This document shows, piece after piece, positions 27,914 through 36,724 of a DNA stretch of 64,000 bases. The notes under the pieces are model-generated. The model worked only from the letters and a program-made list of their open reading frames with translations, made no database searches and was not told the DNA's origin. Each line of letters starts with the position of its first letter. Positions within the stretch are counted from its first letter, which is position 1. Made by a program: the position numbers and the translations under genes. This stretch comes from a virus (taxonomy: Duplodnaviria; Heunggongvirae; Uroviricota; Caudoviricetes), in IMG/VR virus record IMGVR_UViG_3300042923_000186, positions 1 to 64,000 of that record. One strand, 5' to 3'.

Positions 27914-28375
27914 ATGAAATCGAATTACATTCAAGAAGCCTACGATAGCGTCAAGGTGTTTAATCAACTGGCGGGCAACCTCAACGCTGTGACGCTGGCG
28001 AAGGTTGACAATCAAGTGTCGCTGTGCTTCGAGGAACTGACCGAGACAATCGACGGCGTAGAGGCCAAAGACATGACGGAACTGCTGGACGGTGCATGTG
28101 ACATGTTCGTCGTCGGTGCCGGTCTGCTTCAACAACTGGAAGCTGCTGGTTTCGACGTCGCCCGTGCCCTGAAGCGCGTCACGGATAACAACCTGACCAA
28201 GTTCCCGCTGGAGATGTCAACGGAGGACATGGCGACTGCTAAAGCTGCTGGCTACTCCATCAACTTCGACTCGAACAACTACCGCTACGTGCTGAAGAAC
28301 TCGGCAGGGAAGGTGATGAAGCCTGCCGGATACAAGAGTGTCAAGTTGAATGACCTGACCGGAAAGCTGGTGTAA
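27914..28375 (+). CDS. MazG-like nucleotide pyrophosphohydrolase (putative)
   Basis: Track ORF 27839 trimmed to the ATG after RBS aaagga. All-alpha EEL.E..DG.E..D..E..D acidic pattern. Confidence 0.4.
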   Translation: MKSNYIQEAYDSVKVFNQLAGNLNAVTLAKVDNQVSLCFEELTETIDGVEAKDMTELLDGACDMFVVGAGLLQQLEAAGFDVARALKRVTDNNLTKFPLEMSTEDMATAKAAGYSINFDSNNYRYVLKNSAGKVMKPAGYKSVKLNDLTGKLV

Positions 28376-28378
28376 TAC

Positions 28379-28891
28379 ATGAAAGTCATTAGCGTAACCG
28401 ATCTGCAACTGGTCCCAGAACTGTCGCATCTGCGTCAGATGGATTTCATCGACCCGGCGAACACTGAACTGCTTCGCCCTGTGCTGAAGACTCTCGGCTT
28501 TGACCTTGAGTACCCAGTACAGTTTATTCCTAGTCAGCATCGCAACCTTCAAGGCAAGGTGGTGATTAGCTACCAGATCGTAGGCGACGTGGAAATCAAC
28601 GAATCCTTCCTATCGAGCGAATGGGCTACGGCAGAGGACCGAATGATTGCTGCTGGCTACCGTGATGTCGGCTTGGCAGCGGACCTAGCTGCCTCCATGA
28701 CTATCGGCCGTGACTACGAAGGTGAGAGCAAAGGAGAGGCGCTGGCACCGGACCAACTCAACCCTGACGCAGATATCATCTCTGCCCAGATTAAAGTTCT
28801 GGAAGATGCTCTGCTGCTGGTGCGTGGTGATCCATTTAAGGAAGATGGTAGCCGGTCAACATTGTGCGAACATAAAAAGCTTGCTAAGTAG
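28379..28891 (+). CDS. hypothetical protein
   Basis: No recognizable motif. Confidence 0.45.
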   Translation: MKVISVTDLQLVPELSHLRQMDFIDPANTELLRPVLKTLGFDLEYPVQFIPSQHRNLQGKVVISYQIVGDVEINESFLSSEWATAEDRMIAAGYRDVGLAADLAASMTIGRDYEGESKGEALAPDQLNPDADIISAQIKVLEDALLLVRGDPFKEDGSRSTLCEHKKLAK

Positions 28892-28896
28892 TTAGC

Positions 28897-28925
28897 TTGC
28901 AAAGTAGCTGGGTGTATGGTACAAT
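28897..28925 (+). promoter_or_regulatory. sigma70-like promoter P9 (TTGCAA-17-TACAAT) upstream of the RNR operon
   Basis: Spacer agtagctgggtgtatgg. Confidence 0.5.
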
Positions 28926-28942
28926 AGCTGCCTAACACTGAA

Positions 28943-28966
28943 CGGGGGCTACGGCCCCCATTTTTA
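28943..28966 (+). terminator. terminator-like hairpin in the RNR leader
   Basis: gggggc-tacg-gccccc followed by aTTTTTa, located downstream of the P9 -10 and upstream of the nrdB RBS. Confidence 0.5.
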
Positions 28967-28982
28967 TTCCTATAGGAGGGTT

Positions 28983-30026
28983 ATGTCGATTCCAAAACCA
29001 CAAATTATGACTCCTACTGATAGCTACGTAACTGTCTACCCCGAATTTATCAAATTGGCTAATACCCAGTTCGAAGATTGCCGTTGGACTGCAAACGAGA
29101 TTGAAGTAGAAAAAGATAAGCAAGACATGCTGGTAAATATGTCGCCAGCAGCACGGCACGCAATTACTACTGGGTTGAAGCTGTTCACCAAGTACGAGAT
29201 GTTCGCCGGAACAGAATATTGGATGGGACGTATTGTCCGGGCGTTCCCACGGCCAGAGGTACAAAGGCTAGCTAGCGTTAATGGCATGATGGAACTGCAT
29301 GTACATGCTCCGTTCTACAACAAACTGAACGAGACGCTGGGACTGGACACTGATGAATTCTATACGTCGTACGTCGATGACCCTGTGTTGAATTCTCGCG
29401 TGAAGTTCTTGGACAAGTATGTGGACAGCAAGGATGATTTGCTGAGCGTTGCTGTGTTCTCGATGATGGAGGGTGGCGTTCTGTTTGCTAACTTCGCCGT
29501 CTTCAAAAGCTGCCAGAGCAAAGGTAACAACATGATCGGCAACACCGTTCGTGGCATTGACCAGAGCGTTGTCGATGAAGGTCTTCACCAGATTGGCGGA
29601 GCTATGCTGTTCCGTAAAGCGATTGAAGAATTGAAATTCATGATGTCGCCCGAAGACTTCGCCAAGATGTGGAAGAGCCTGTGCAACAAGATTCGCCGGG
29701 CTGCTAAGAAGCTGGCAGAGCATGAATTCCGCATCTCGGAAATGCTGATGTCGGAAGGCGATATCGGTACTGGCATCACGGCTGAAAGCCTGAAGCAGTT
29801 CGTTATGAGCCGTATCAACATTTGCTTGCAAGACTTGGGTGTGCCTGTACTGTTCTCTAAGAAGCAGATCGGTGCGAACCCTATTGCTGGATGGTTCTAC
29901 AACGGCGTGCAGAAAATGCAACTTAATGACTTTTTCGTAGGTCAAGGCCGGGAATACACATCCCACTGGAAGGAAGAAGACTTTGAATGGCTAGACGAAG
30001 AAGAGGATACGAATGAGCAAGTATGA
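28983..30026 (+). CDS. nrdB: ribonucleotide reductase class I beta (small) subunit
   Basis: Ferritin-like E..H pairs (MMELHVH, VDEGLHQ). SMMEGGVLFANF. Confidence 0.85.
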   Translation: MSIPKPQIMTPTDSYVTVYPEFIKLANTQFEDCRWTANEIEVEKDKQDMLVNMSPAARHAITTGLKLFTKYEMFAGTEYWMGRIVRAFPRPEVQRLASVNGMMELHVHAPFYNKLNETLGLDTDEFYTSYVDDPVLNSRVKFLDKYVDSKDDLLSVAVFSMMEGGVLFANFAVFKSCQSKGNNMIGNTVRGIDQSVVDEGLHQIGGAMLFRKAIEELKFMMSPEDFAKMWKSLCNKIRRAAKKLAEHEFRISEMLMSEGDIGTGITAESLKQFVMSRINICLQDLGVPVLFSKKQIGANPIAGWFYNGVQKMQLNDFFVGQGREYTSHWKEEDFEWLDEEEDTNEQV

Positions 30027-31749
30027 AGCACTAAGTGAAGAGCGCAAGCTGGGGCAGGCTAACGGAACAATCCCTGAATGGATGCCGACAGCGGGCCTAC
30101 AAATGTTCAAGGAAAAGTATTTGTACGAAGCAGAGAGCCCGCGTGAACAGTTTATGCGGATTGCTGAGACGGCTGCTAAGCATGCACCAAAGGTAATGAT
30201 CCCTACTAGTAACGAAGGTCTTATGATCTACGCCAACATCGAGGATTACTGGACCGACAAATTCTTTACCGTGCTATGGAACGGCTGGGTGGCCTGTAGC
30301 ACGCCTGTACTCGCTAACATGGGTACTAACCGTGGATGCCCTGTATCGTGTGCTGGTAGCGCTGTGGAGGACTCTATCGAGGGCTTCTACAATAACTACC
30401 GTGAAGTGGCTCTGCTGACCAAGCAAGGCTTCGGTACTGCGTCTGACCTATCGTATATTCGTCCTCGTGGATCGGACATCAGTGTCGGCGGTAAAGCCTC
30501 TGGTGTGCTGCCGGTGATCAAGCATCACATTCAGGACATGCGTGATGTGGCTCAGGGTACGGCTCGCCGTGGGGCATGGGCAGCTTATCTGGATGTAGAG
30601 CATGGCGACTTCTGGGAAGTGATTGCGCATCTGGAGAAAGAGCCGGATGACTTCAACATCGGATGGATCGTGTATGACTCGTTCATTGCCAAGCTGAAGA
30701 AGAAAGACAAGGAAGCACGTAAGCGATTCAAGCGGCTGATGCGCGTGAAGATGGTTACTGGCAAAGGCTATCACTTCTTCATCGACAAGGTGAATCGTGC
30801 TCGTCCACAAGTCTACAAAGACCTCGGCCTGATGGTTCGTTGCTCTCAGCTTTGCACGGAAATCTTCCTGCACAGCGACCCAGACAACTACACCTACACT
30901 TGCGTGCTGGCGTGGATGAATCTGTCGAAGTGGGACGAATGGAAAAACACTGATGCTGCGTTTGTTGCAACTGTGTTCCTTGACTGCGTGGTATCTGAGT
31001 TTGTCGAGATTGCATCGAAGATTAGCGGGCTTGAGAAAGCCGTAGCGTCAACGAAGAAGGGCCGTGCTATTGGCCTTGGTGCTGGCGGATTCCACACGTA
31101 CCTGCAAATGAACGACATGGAGTTTGGCGGACTGCCTGCACACATGTGGAACATCACTGTGTTCAAGCATATTAACAATCAATCACTGGAGGCATCGAAA
31201 TGGCTAGCGAAGGAATTGGGGGAGCCTGAATGGCTCAAAGGGTATGGACTGCGATTCACTCACCGTATGGCTGTGGCTCCGACAAAGAGCACTGCACTGA
31301 TCTACGGCGGTATCTCGGAGGGCATCAACCCTGACTTGGCATTCAGCTTCACGCAGAAGACCTCTGCCGGTGACGTGGACCGTGTGAACCCTACGCTGCT
31401 GGCGAAGATCAAAGCTAAGGGCTTGGACGTTGATGCTTGCATTGCGGATGTCGTTAAGGGCTACGGATCGGTACAACACGTAACGTGGCTTACTGATGAT
31501 GAGAAGAAGGTATTCAAGACCGGCTTCGAACTGAACATGTACGACCATCTGCGTATGTGTGCAGCACGCCAGAAGGAAATTGACCAAGGCCAGAGTATCA
31601 ACTTGGCATTTGCTAAGAATGCTACTGGACAGCACATTACAGAGGTTCACATGTCCGCGTGGGAGAACGAATTGGTACACAGCTTGTACTATGTACAAGG
31701 TAGCCGTGCTATCGTTAGCTCGTCATCCGAATGCGTTGCTTGCCAATAA
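30013..31749 (+). CDS. nrdA: ribonucleotide reductase class I alpha (large) subunit
   Basis: Active-site CSQLCTEI (N-x-C-x-E). C-terminal redox pair ECVAC. Confidence 0.85.
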   Translation: MSKYEALSEERKLGQANGTIPEWMPTAGLQMFKEKYLYEAESPREQFMRIAETAAKHAPKVMIPTSNEGLMIYANIEDYWTDKFFTVLWNGWVACSTPVLANMGTNRGCPVSCAGSAVEDSIEGFYNNYREVALLTKQGFGTASDLSYIRPRGSDISVGGKASGVLPVIKHHIQDMRDVAQGTARRGAWAAYLDVEHGDFWEVIAHLEKEPDDFNIGWIVYDSFIAKLKKKDKEARKRFKRLMRVKMVTGKGYHFFIDKVNRARPQVYKDLGLMVRCSQLCTEIFLHSDPDNYTYTCVLAWMNLSKWDEWKNTDAAFVATVFLDCVVSEFVEIASKISGLEKAVASTKKGRAIGLGAGGFHTYLQMNDMEFGGLPAHMWNITVFKHINNQSLEASKWLAKELGEPEWLKGYGLRFTHRMAVAPTKSTALIYGGISEGINPDLAFSFTQKTSAGDVDRVNPTLLAKIKAKGLDVDACIADVVKGYGSVQHVTWLTDDEKKVFKTGFELNMYDHLRMCAARQKEIDQGQSINLAFAKNATGQHITEVHMSAWENELVHSLYYVQGSRAIVSSSSECVACQ

Positions 31750-31764
31750 TGAAGGGAATAGACC

Positions 31765-32013
31765 ATGAAACAACTAACTATCTACAGCATCGAGTCGTGC
31801 CCTAAGTGCGAGCAAGCAGCTAAGTTGCTAGCTAGCAAGGGAGTGAAGTTTGAAGTGATTAAGGCGGACGAAGACCCGTACGCGTACAACTTCATCACTG
31901 ACGAGGGCCACCGTAGCTTCCCGCAAATCTACGACGGAAAACGCCTGTTCGTAGTGGGAGGCTTCGCAGGACTCCAGAAGCTCGGCCCGGAGGCTTTCCG
32001 GGAATTTTATTGA
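31765..32013 (+). CDS. glutaredoxin/NrdH-like redoxin
   Basis: CPKC active site at residues 12-15; thioredoxin-fold length. Confidence 0.75.
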   Translation: MKQLTIYSIESCPKCEQAAKLLASKGVKFEVIKADEDPYAYNFITDEGHRSFPQIYDGKRLFVVGGFAGLQKLGPEAFREFY

Positions 32014-32031
32014 AATAGCTAGCTAACTAGC

Positions 32032-32060
32032 TTGACAGGCCCACTATGCTTCGGTATAGT
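32032..32060 (+). promoter_or_regulatory. sigma70-like promoter P10 (TTGACA-17-TATAGT) embedded in a terminator hairpin
   Basis: Twin of the P6 element. Confidence 0.5.
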
Positions 32061-32070
32061 GGGCTTTTTC
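32040..32070 (+). terminator. rho-independent terminator
   Basis: cccactat-gcttcggt-atagtggg followed by cTTTTTc. Confidence 0.7.
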
Positions 32071-32089
32071 GTTACTACAGGAGGAAATA

Positions 32090-32272
32090 ATGAATTCAGC
32101 AGACAAAATTGCCGCGTTCGTGATCGGAGCTTTGGTCATCACCTTTTCTGGCATTGTCTACCATGCCGAAACTCACAGGATCACGGACGAGGATATCCAA
32201 GCCGCTCGTACCAAATACGGCTGCGTTGCTACCAACAACTTCGTCGGCAAGTATGCTGTACTTGTGTGCTGA
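32090..32272 (+). CDS. small hypothetical membrane-associated protein
   Basis: RBS caggaggaaata before the ATG. Confidence 0.45.
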   Translation: MNSADKIAAFVIGALVITFSGIVYHAETHRITDEDIQAARTKYGCVATNNFVGKYAVLVC

Positions 32273-32332
32273 TGGCCTGATGTACAAGGGCAGCGTGTTC
32301 CATAGCGTTGCATATGAAGAAAAGTACGGCAA

Positions 32333-32632
32333 ATGAACATCGGACTCGACTGGGACGACACTGTAACCCGTGACGAAATCGGCTGGGCCTGTCTCGTCAA
32401 TTTCATGCGAGCGAGGGGCCACAAGGTCTACATCGTGACTTGGCGAGATGAAGGCGAGGCCGAGGACATCAAGCGGAGCGAGTTCGCTAACATCGTGGAC
32501 GGTATCTACGCTACCAACCGGCAAGCCAAGGAGAAGTTCATGTATGCCCAAGGCATCCGCATCGACGTGATGATTGACGACAACCCGCGTAGCTGGACAA
32601 CTGACATGGAGGTATTGACAAATGCTAATTAA
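32333..32632 (+). CDS. HAD-superfamily phosphatase (5'(3')-deoxyribonucleotidase-like)
   Basis: DWDDT (DxDxT) motif I and C-terminal MIDDNP. Confidence 0.5.
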   Translation: MNIGLDWDDTVTRDEIGWACLVNFMRARGHKVYIVTWRDEGEAEDIKRSEFANIVDGIYATNRQAKEKFMYAQGIRIDVMIDDNPRSWTTDMEVLTNAN

Positions 32633-32798
32633 AATTCTGATGTTTTTCCTGATGGTTGGAGGTGCTGTGGGGATCGTCTTAGTCGGCATCCTGTCGGCGT
32701 TCTGGCCGATCAACGATCAAGCTACGTCTGCGGTATGCAGGGCTGCATGGCTGGGCATCACAGTGGTGCTGCTGTCCCTGTGGCTTCAACTTTTCTAA
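32622..32798 (+). CDS. small membrane protein (58 aa)
   Basis: Not in the ORF track; two hydrophobic helices; RBS ggaggt. Confidence 0.3.
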   Translation: MLIKILMFFLMVGGAVGIVLVGILSAFWPINDQATSAVCRAAWLGITVVLLSLWLQLF

Positions 32799-32807
32799 GG
32801 AGGTACT

Positions 32808-33155
32808 ATGAAAGCCACTTTTGACATCGAGAGCACGCCGGGCGTTACCGTTATTGACGACAATACCCATAGCTGGGTAACTGGTACGGAGAAGCCATTG
32901 AGACACGTATTTCTTACTGCTGTGAAGCCTGATTACTCGGTGTCCCTAGACTCATCCGGTACGTGCGACAGCGTAGCACCTGACCGCAACTCTACAATGA
33001 TGAGGATACTGAAGCCTCGCCCTGTCGGCGCGGTATTCGAGGGTTACTTGGATTTCGCCAAGGCAGAAGAACGGGTCACTGCGCACATGACGCAAGAACA
33101 ACACGAGCGTGCCCGGCGTGAACTGGGCTGGCCGATGCGAGGGACAGGACGATGA
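32808..33155 (+). CDS. hypothetical protein
   Basis: RBS aaggaggtact before the ATG. Confidence 0.5.
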   Translation: MKATFDIESTPGVTVIDDNTHSWVTGTEKPLRHVFLTAVKPDYSVSLDSSGTCDSVAPDRNSTMMRILKPRPVGAVFEGYLDFAKAEERVTAHMTQEQHERARRELGWPMRGTGR

Positions 33156-33313
33156 CCAAGAAACGCAAACCATCACTGCTAGGTGCTAGGAAGTTGGTCA
33201 AAGATGGCGAGGCTTTAGGGCGGAGGCTCATGGTGACTACAGAGTTAAAGCTGAGTTTGTCGCCTCTACAAGCAGCCTTATTGCGCCTGCCTGTGGCAAA
33301 GGATTCGAAATGA
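33152..33313 (+). CDS. small basic hypothetical protein (53 aa)
   Basis: ATGA stop/start overlap with upstream gene. Confidence 0.25.
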   Translation: MTKKRKPSLLGARKLVKDGEALGRRLMVTTELKLSLSPLQAALLRLPVAKDSK

Positions 33314-33445
33314 AACCGTTGATCTGGAAATACGGCCCTTACTGGTGGTGTGGAGACAGACGTGACATTCATCTTCCTGCTTGTTGGCCGGGGCAAACGC
33401 CCTTGGTAGCGTACCAACGTTGGAAAGCATATAAGGAGGCTGTAA

Positions 33446-33559
33446 ATGAACAAACTTGAAATGATTGCCAGCCTGACAGGGCCGGAGCGCATTGGCGTAT
33501 TTGCGTTCGTCATCGTGGGACTGATCGTTGTATGGTACTTGGGGGAGCACAAGAAATGA
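33446..33559 (+). CDS. small membrane protein (37 aa)
   Basis: Strong RBS taaggaggctgtaa; stop overlaps the downstream start. Confidence 0.3.
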   Translation: MNKLEMIASLTGPERIGVFAFVIVGLIVVWYLGEHKK

Positions 33560-34038
33560 AGCTCATCATCGCTGGAAGTCGCTCCATCAAGAGCTACAGC
33601 ACCGTCCGTGCAGCTATCCTAGAATCGGGCCTCTGGGAGCGCCATAAACGGGCCATAGAGGTTGTCTCGGGCAAGGCTAAGGGGGTAGATACCCTTGGAG
33701 AGATTTTCGCCTCTAAGGCCGATTTAAAGCTTCACGAGAAGCCTGCCGACTGGGACGACATCGACGTGCCGGGCGCTGTCATCCGTTACAACTGGGAAGG
33801 CAAGCCTTACAACGCTCTGGCCGGTCACTGGCGAAACGAAGAGATGGCCCAGTTCGCTGATGAAGCCCTCATCGTATGGGATGGCAAGTCCACAGGCAGC
33901 TTGGACATGCTTCATCGGATGATTGCACTGGAGAAGCCTGTCTACCTCTTCCCTCTCCGTATCGGAACGGACACACTGGACGGACTGGAGAACAAGGGCG
34001 TGCAAATTATTTTTCCCAATAGCTTGACAAGTAGCTAG
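33556..34038 (+). CDS. SLOG/DprA-like Rossmann-fold protein (DUF2493-like)
   Basis: Trimmed to MKLIIAGSRS. The GSR motif is typical of the DprA/YpsA/SLOG clade. Confidence 0.4.
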   Translation: MKLIIAGSRSIKSYSTVRAAILESGLWERHKRAIEVVSGKAKGVDTLGEIFASKADLKLHEKPADWDDIDVPGAVIRYNWEGKPYNALAGHWRNEEMAQFADEALIVWDGKSTGSLDMLHRMIALEKPVYLFPLRIGTDTLDGLENKGVQIIFPNSLTSS

Positions 34039-34042
34039 ATAA
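34014..34042 (+). promoter_or_regulatory. sigma70-like promoter P11 (TTGACA-17-TAGGAT)
   Basis: Spacer agtagctagataagtaa. Confidence 0.45.
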
Positions 34043-34083
34043 GTAATAGGATACGTACATACCAACTTACAAGGAGAAGGAAA

Positions 34084-34404
34084 ATGAAGCCAAGCGAAAT
34101 CCTGAAGGCTGCCAAGGCCAAGATCGCAACGCCGGATGCGTGGACTCAGGGAGAATTAGCCCGTGACTCCGCAGGCGAGTGGTGCGGGTACTACGATCCT
34201 GACGCAAAGTGTTTTTGCTCGTTGGGCGCGCTGCTCATCAGTGCCCGTTCGCCAGCCCTCACGGAGGCAATAAAGTACCTTGAGAAAGTAATCCCCGCTT
34301 ACACGGTCCTAGAGTTCAACGACACCCATACCCACGCCGAAGTGATGGCGAAATGGGACGAAGCTATCGCCTTGGCCGAGAAGGATGAAGCGAATGCATC
34401 CTGA
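34084..34404 (+). CDS. hypothetical protein, paralog family member 1 (KCFCSLGALL motif)
   Basis: RBS acaaggagaaggaaa. Shares its Cys motif with the next two genes. Confidence 0.5.
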   Translation: MKPSEILKAAKAKIATPDAWTQGELARDSAGEWCGYYDPDAKCFCSLGALLISARSPALTEAIKYLEKVIPAYTVLEFNDTHTHAEVMAKWDEAIALAEKDEANAS

Positions 34405-34466
34405 CTGGGTTACGTACGCTAACTGGCGTCAGCAATACTACCAATCAATTACCAAGGAGATACAAA

Positions 34467-34895
34467 ATGGAAGACACTAAACTGATCATCAGTAATCTGG
34501 AGACTCTGCTGGAAGCAGTCAAGGCATTCCCGGAATCCAACCTTGACCTAGGCCAGTACAAACATTACAGAGAGGACTGCGGCACGCTGTTTTGCACAGC
34601 GGGCTTGGCCGCTAGCATGCACGAATTCAACGCACAAGGTGTAACGTTCAGTGGAGATTTCGTCAGGGTCAACGGTGAGTGGCCGGATGAAACCAGCGAC
34701 ACGAACGACATCTTCGGACATGGTGCGTGGAAGGTGTTGTTTGCACCTCACGGGTGTGGGTCAGCGGACAAGGAGCTAGGAGCCGTTGAGGTGATGTATA
34801 AAAGCTCGACAAAGGCAATGTCCGATAAGGCTCTGGCTATCGCCCGTCTGGAATACCAACTGGACATCTACAAGGAGAAAAACAATGGCAACTAA
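34467..34895 (+). CDS. hypothetical protein, paralog family member 2 (DCGTLFCTAGL motif)
   Basis: RBS accaaggagatacaaa before the ATG. Confidence 0.5.
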   Translation: MEDTKLIISNLETLLEAVKAFPESNLDLGQYKHYREDCGTLFCTAGLAASMHEFNAQGVTFSGDFVRVNGEWPDETSDTNDIFGHGAWKVLFAPHGCGSADKELGAVEVMYKSSTKAMSDKALAIARLEYQLDIYKEKNNGN

Positions 34896-35283
34896 AAAAC
34901 AAATCATCAAGAACCTGAACGTGCTACTGGAAGCCGTCGAAGCTCAGAAGGAACTCAATCTGGATTCGTACTGCACGGAAGAGCATGGCTGCGGTACGCT
35001 GTTCTGCAACGCTGGGCTGGCTACTACCCTTCCGCATTTCAAACGTCGTGGCTGGAAGTTTGACCGCTACGGTGATGTCGCGGTGAAAGGAGAGAGTGTC
35101 TGGAGCGGCGGGGATAAGGATTTCGGTCCTGACGCGTTTGAACGACTGTTCGAAAAATTCGGTGAGGGCGAATATGACCACATGTACCCTCGCCGAAAGC
35201 ACGGTGAACCAGACTGCTCTCACAAGAAGCTCGCTGTGTGGCGTCTGAAGCTGGCTATCGCAATGCTGGAGGTGCCAGCGTGA
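34885..35283 (+). CDS. hypothetical protein, paralog family member 3 (GCGTLFCNAGL motif)
   Basis: N-terminus IKNLNVLLEAVEA parallels ISNLETLLEAVKA of member 2. Confidence 0.5.
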   Translation: MATKKQIIKNLNVLLEAVEAQKELNLDSYCTEEHGCGTLFCNAGLATTLPHFKRRGWKFDRYGDVAVKGESVWSGGDKDFGPDAFERLFEKFGEGEYDHMYPRRKHGEPDCSHKKLAVWRLKLAIAMLEVPA

Positions 35284-36116
35284 GCCTCTACCTGTCCGTG
35301 GGCCGGAAGCCCGTACCACTGGTGTTCAGCACCTTCCCTGCCGGGGAAACTTGCATTCGCCTTCAGGAGCCTGTTCAATACCATTCCGACAAGGTGGATG
35401 CAGAAATCTACTACGAGTTCGATGGCAACGGATCGTTGTTCGATCTGGCCCTGCTGGTGGATGCCATCCGTCGTGAGTACTCCAATGGTGCGACGATCCA
35501 CCTCACCATGCCATACCTGCCGTATGCTCGTCAGGACCGCGTGTGCAACCGTGGCGAGAGCCTGTCGGTAGCAGTGGTAGCTAGGTTCCTCAACGACCTG
35601 AAGTTCGCCAGCGTCACTTGCTACGACATCCACTCGGAAGTCGGCGTAGCGTTGCTGGACAACCTGCACCATATCAAGCAAGCTAACGCTGCCTACCTGC
35701 TGCCGGTCCACTGTGATCCAGCTATGACAGTGTTGGTTAGCCCGGATGCCGGAGCAGAGAAGAAAGTGTTTGACGTAGCTAAGCAGCTTGGTTATAATTC
35801 AGTCATCCGAGCTAGCAAGGTACGTAACGTAGCTACTGGCAAGATCGAGAAAACTACGCTGATGGACCCTGTACATGCTGGCTACTACGACTTCCTCATC
35901 GTAGACGACATCTGTGACGGTGGCCGAACGTTCATCGAGCTTGCCAAAGTACTTAAGGCGGAAGACACTACCGGCCTCCGTAAGATTGGCCTGTACGTTA
36001 CGCACGGCATCTTCTCGGCTGGCATGGAAGTGTTCAGCGGCTTCATTGACAAGATTTACGTCAAGAACCTGATGAATGTGAAAGTTAAGGATCATCCACT
36101 AATTCAAATTGTGTAA
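35280..36116 (+). CDS. ribose-phosphate pyrophosphokinase (PRPP synthetase)-like enzyme; candidate ADPR-PP synthetase
   Basis: GTG start overlapping the upstream stop (GTGA). LFDLALLVDAIRR and DDICDGGRT PRPP-binding motifs. Confidence 0.7.
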   Translation: MSLYLSVGRKPVPLVFSTFPAGETCIRLQEPVQYHSDKVDAEIYYEFDGNGSLFDLALLVDAIRREYSNGATIHLTMPYLPYARQDRVCNRGESLSVAVVARFLNDLKFASVTCYDIHSEVGVALLDNLHHIKQANAAYLLPVHCDPAMTVLVSPDAGAEKKVFDVAKQLGYNSVIRASKVRNVATGKIEKTTLMDPVHAGYYDFLIVDDICDGGRTFIELAKVLKAEDTTGLRKIGLYVTHGIFSAGMEVFSGFIDKIYVKNLMNVKVKDHPLIQIV

Positions 36117-36127
36117 GGAGAAAGAAA

Positions 36128-36352
36128 ATGGCAATTACGAAGGAAATTAACGGGAAGAAAATTACGTTTGACTTATCTGAATGGGGGGATGGCATTGCTG
36201 TTATTGCCACCAATATCAACGGTGAACGTGAGTATGGTGGGCACCTAATCCATATCCAAAAGGACGGTACGTATAGCCGGGTGGAGGGTGTCAACGGGGA
36301 GTTCGGTTTCAGTACCAACGCCAAAGGCCAGATCAAGCAAAATAAACAGTAA
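36128..36352 (+). CDS. hypothetical protein
   Basis: RBS aaggagaaagaaa before the ATG. Confidence 0.45.
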   Translation: MAITKEINGKKITFDLSEWGDGIAVIATNINGEREYGGHLIHIQKDGTYSRVEGVNGEFGFSTNAKGQIKQNKQ

Positions 36353-36362
36353 AGGAGAAAAC

Positions 36363-36722
36363 ATGAAAAAGATCATCGCAATTATCGCCATCGCCCTGTC
36401 TCTCGCTGCCTGCGGTCAACAGCAGGCTCCCCTGCCCTCCTACGACGGCGTACAAGGTGCTCCGGCCCCTGTCGCACAGCATGACGGCTTCGACACGGGC
36501 GATGCTGCTGTAGGCGCTCTGGCGGGTGCTGCTGCGGGTTATATGATGGGCAAGGGCTCGTCCAACAACCGGACCATCGTTGTTGACAATCGTCGCCCAA
36601 CCAACTACGGCTACAACGACTACCGCCGCAGCCGGAACACCGTCACCACTACCACGGTTACGAAGCGTAGCGCATTCGGCGGTAGCAAAACCGTAACCCG
36701 TACCACACGGAGCCGCCGTTAA
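36363..36722 (+). CDS. lipoprotein with glycine-zipper and basic C-terminus
   Basis: Trimmed to ATG after RBS aaggagaaaac; lipobox LAAC. Confidence 0.5.
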   Translation: MKKIIAIIAIALSLAACGQQQAPLPSYDGVQGAPAPVAQHDGFDTGDAAVGALAGAAAGYMMGKGSSNNRTIVVDNRRPTNYGYNDYRRSRNTVTTTTVTKRSAFGGSKTVTRTTRSRR

Positions 36723-36724
36723 TC

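Noticed and set aside
33310-33459. 49-aa ORF (MKPLIWKYGPYWWCGD...) overlapping the 33446 small ORF
   Set aside because: Poor RBS. It overlaps a better-supported small membrane ORF with strong Shine-Dalgarno. Kept out of the feature list as too uncertain.
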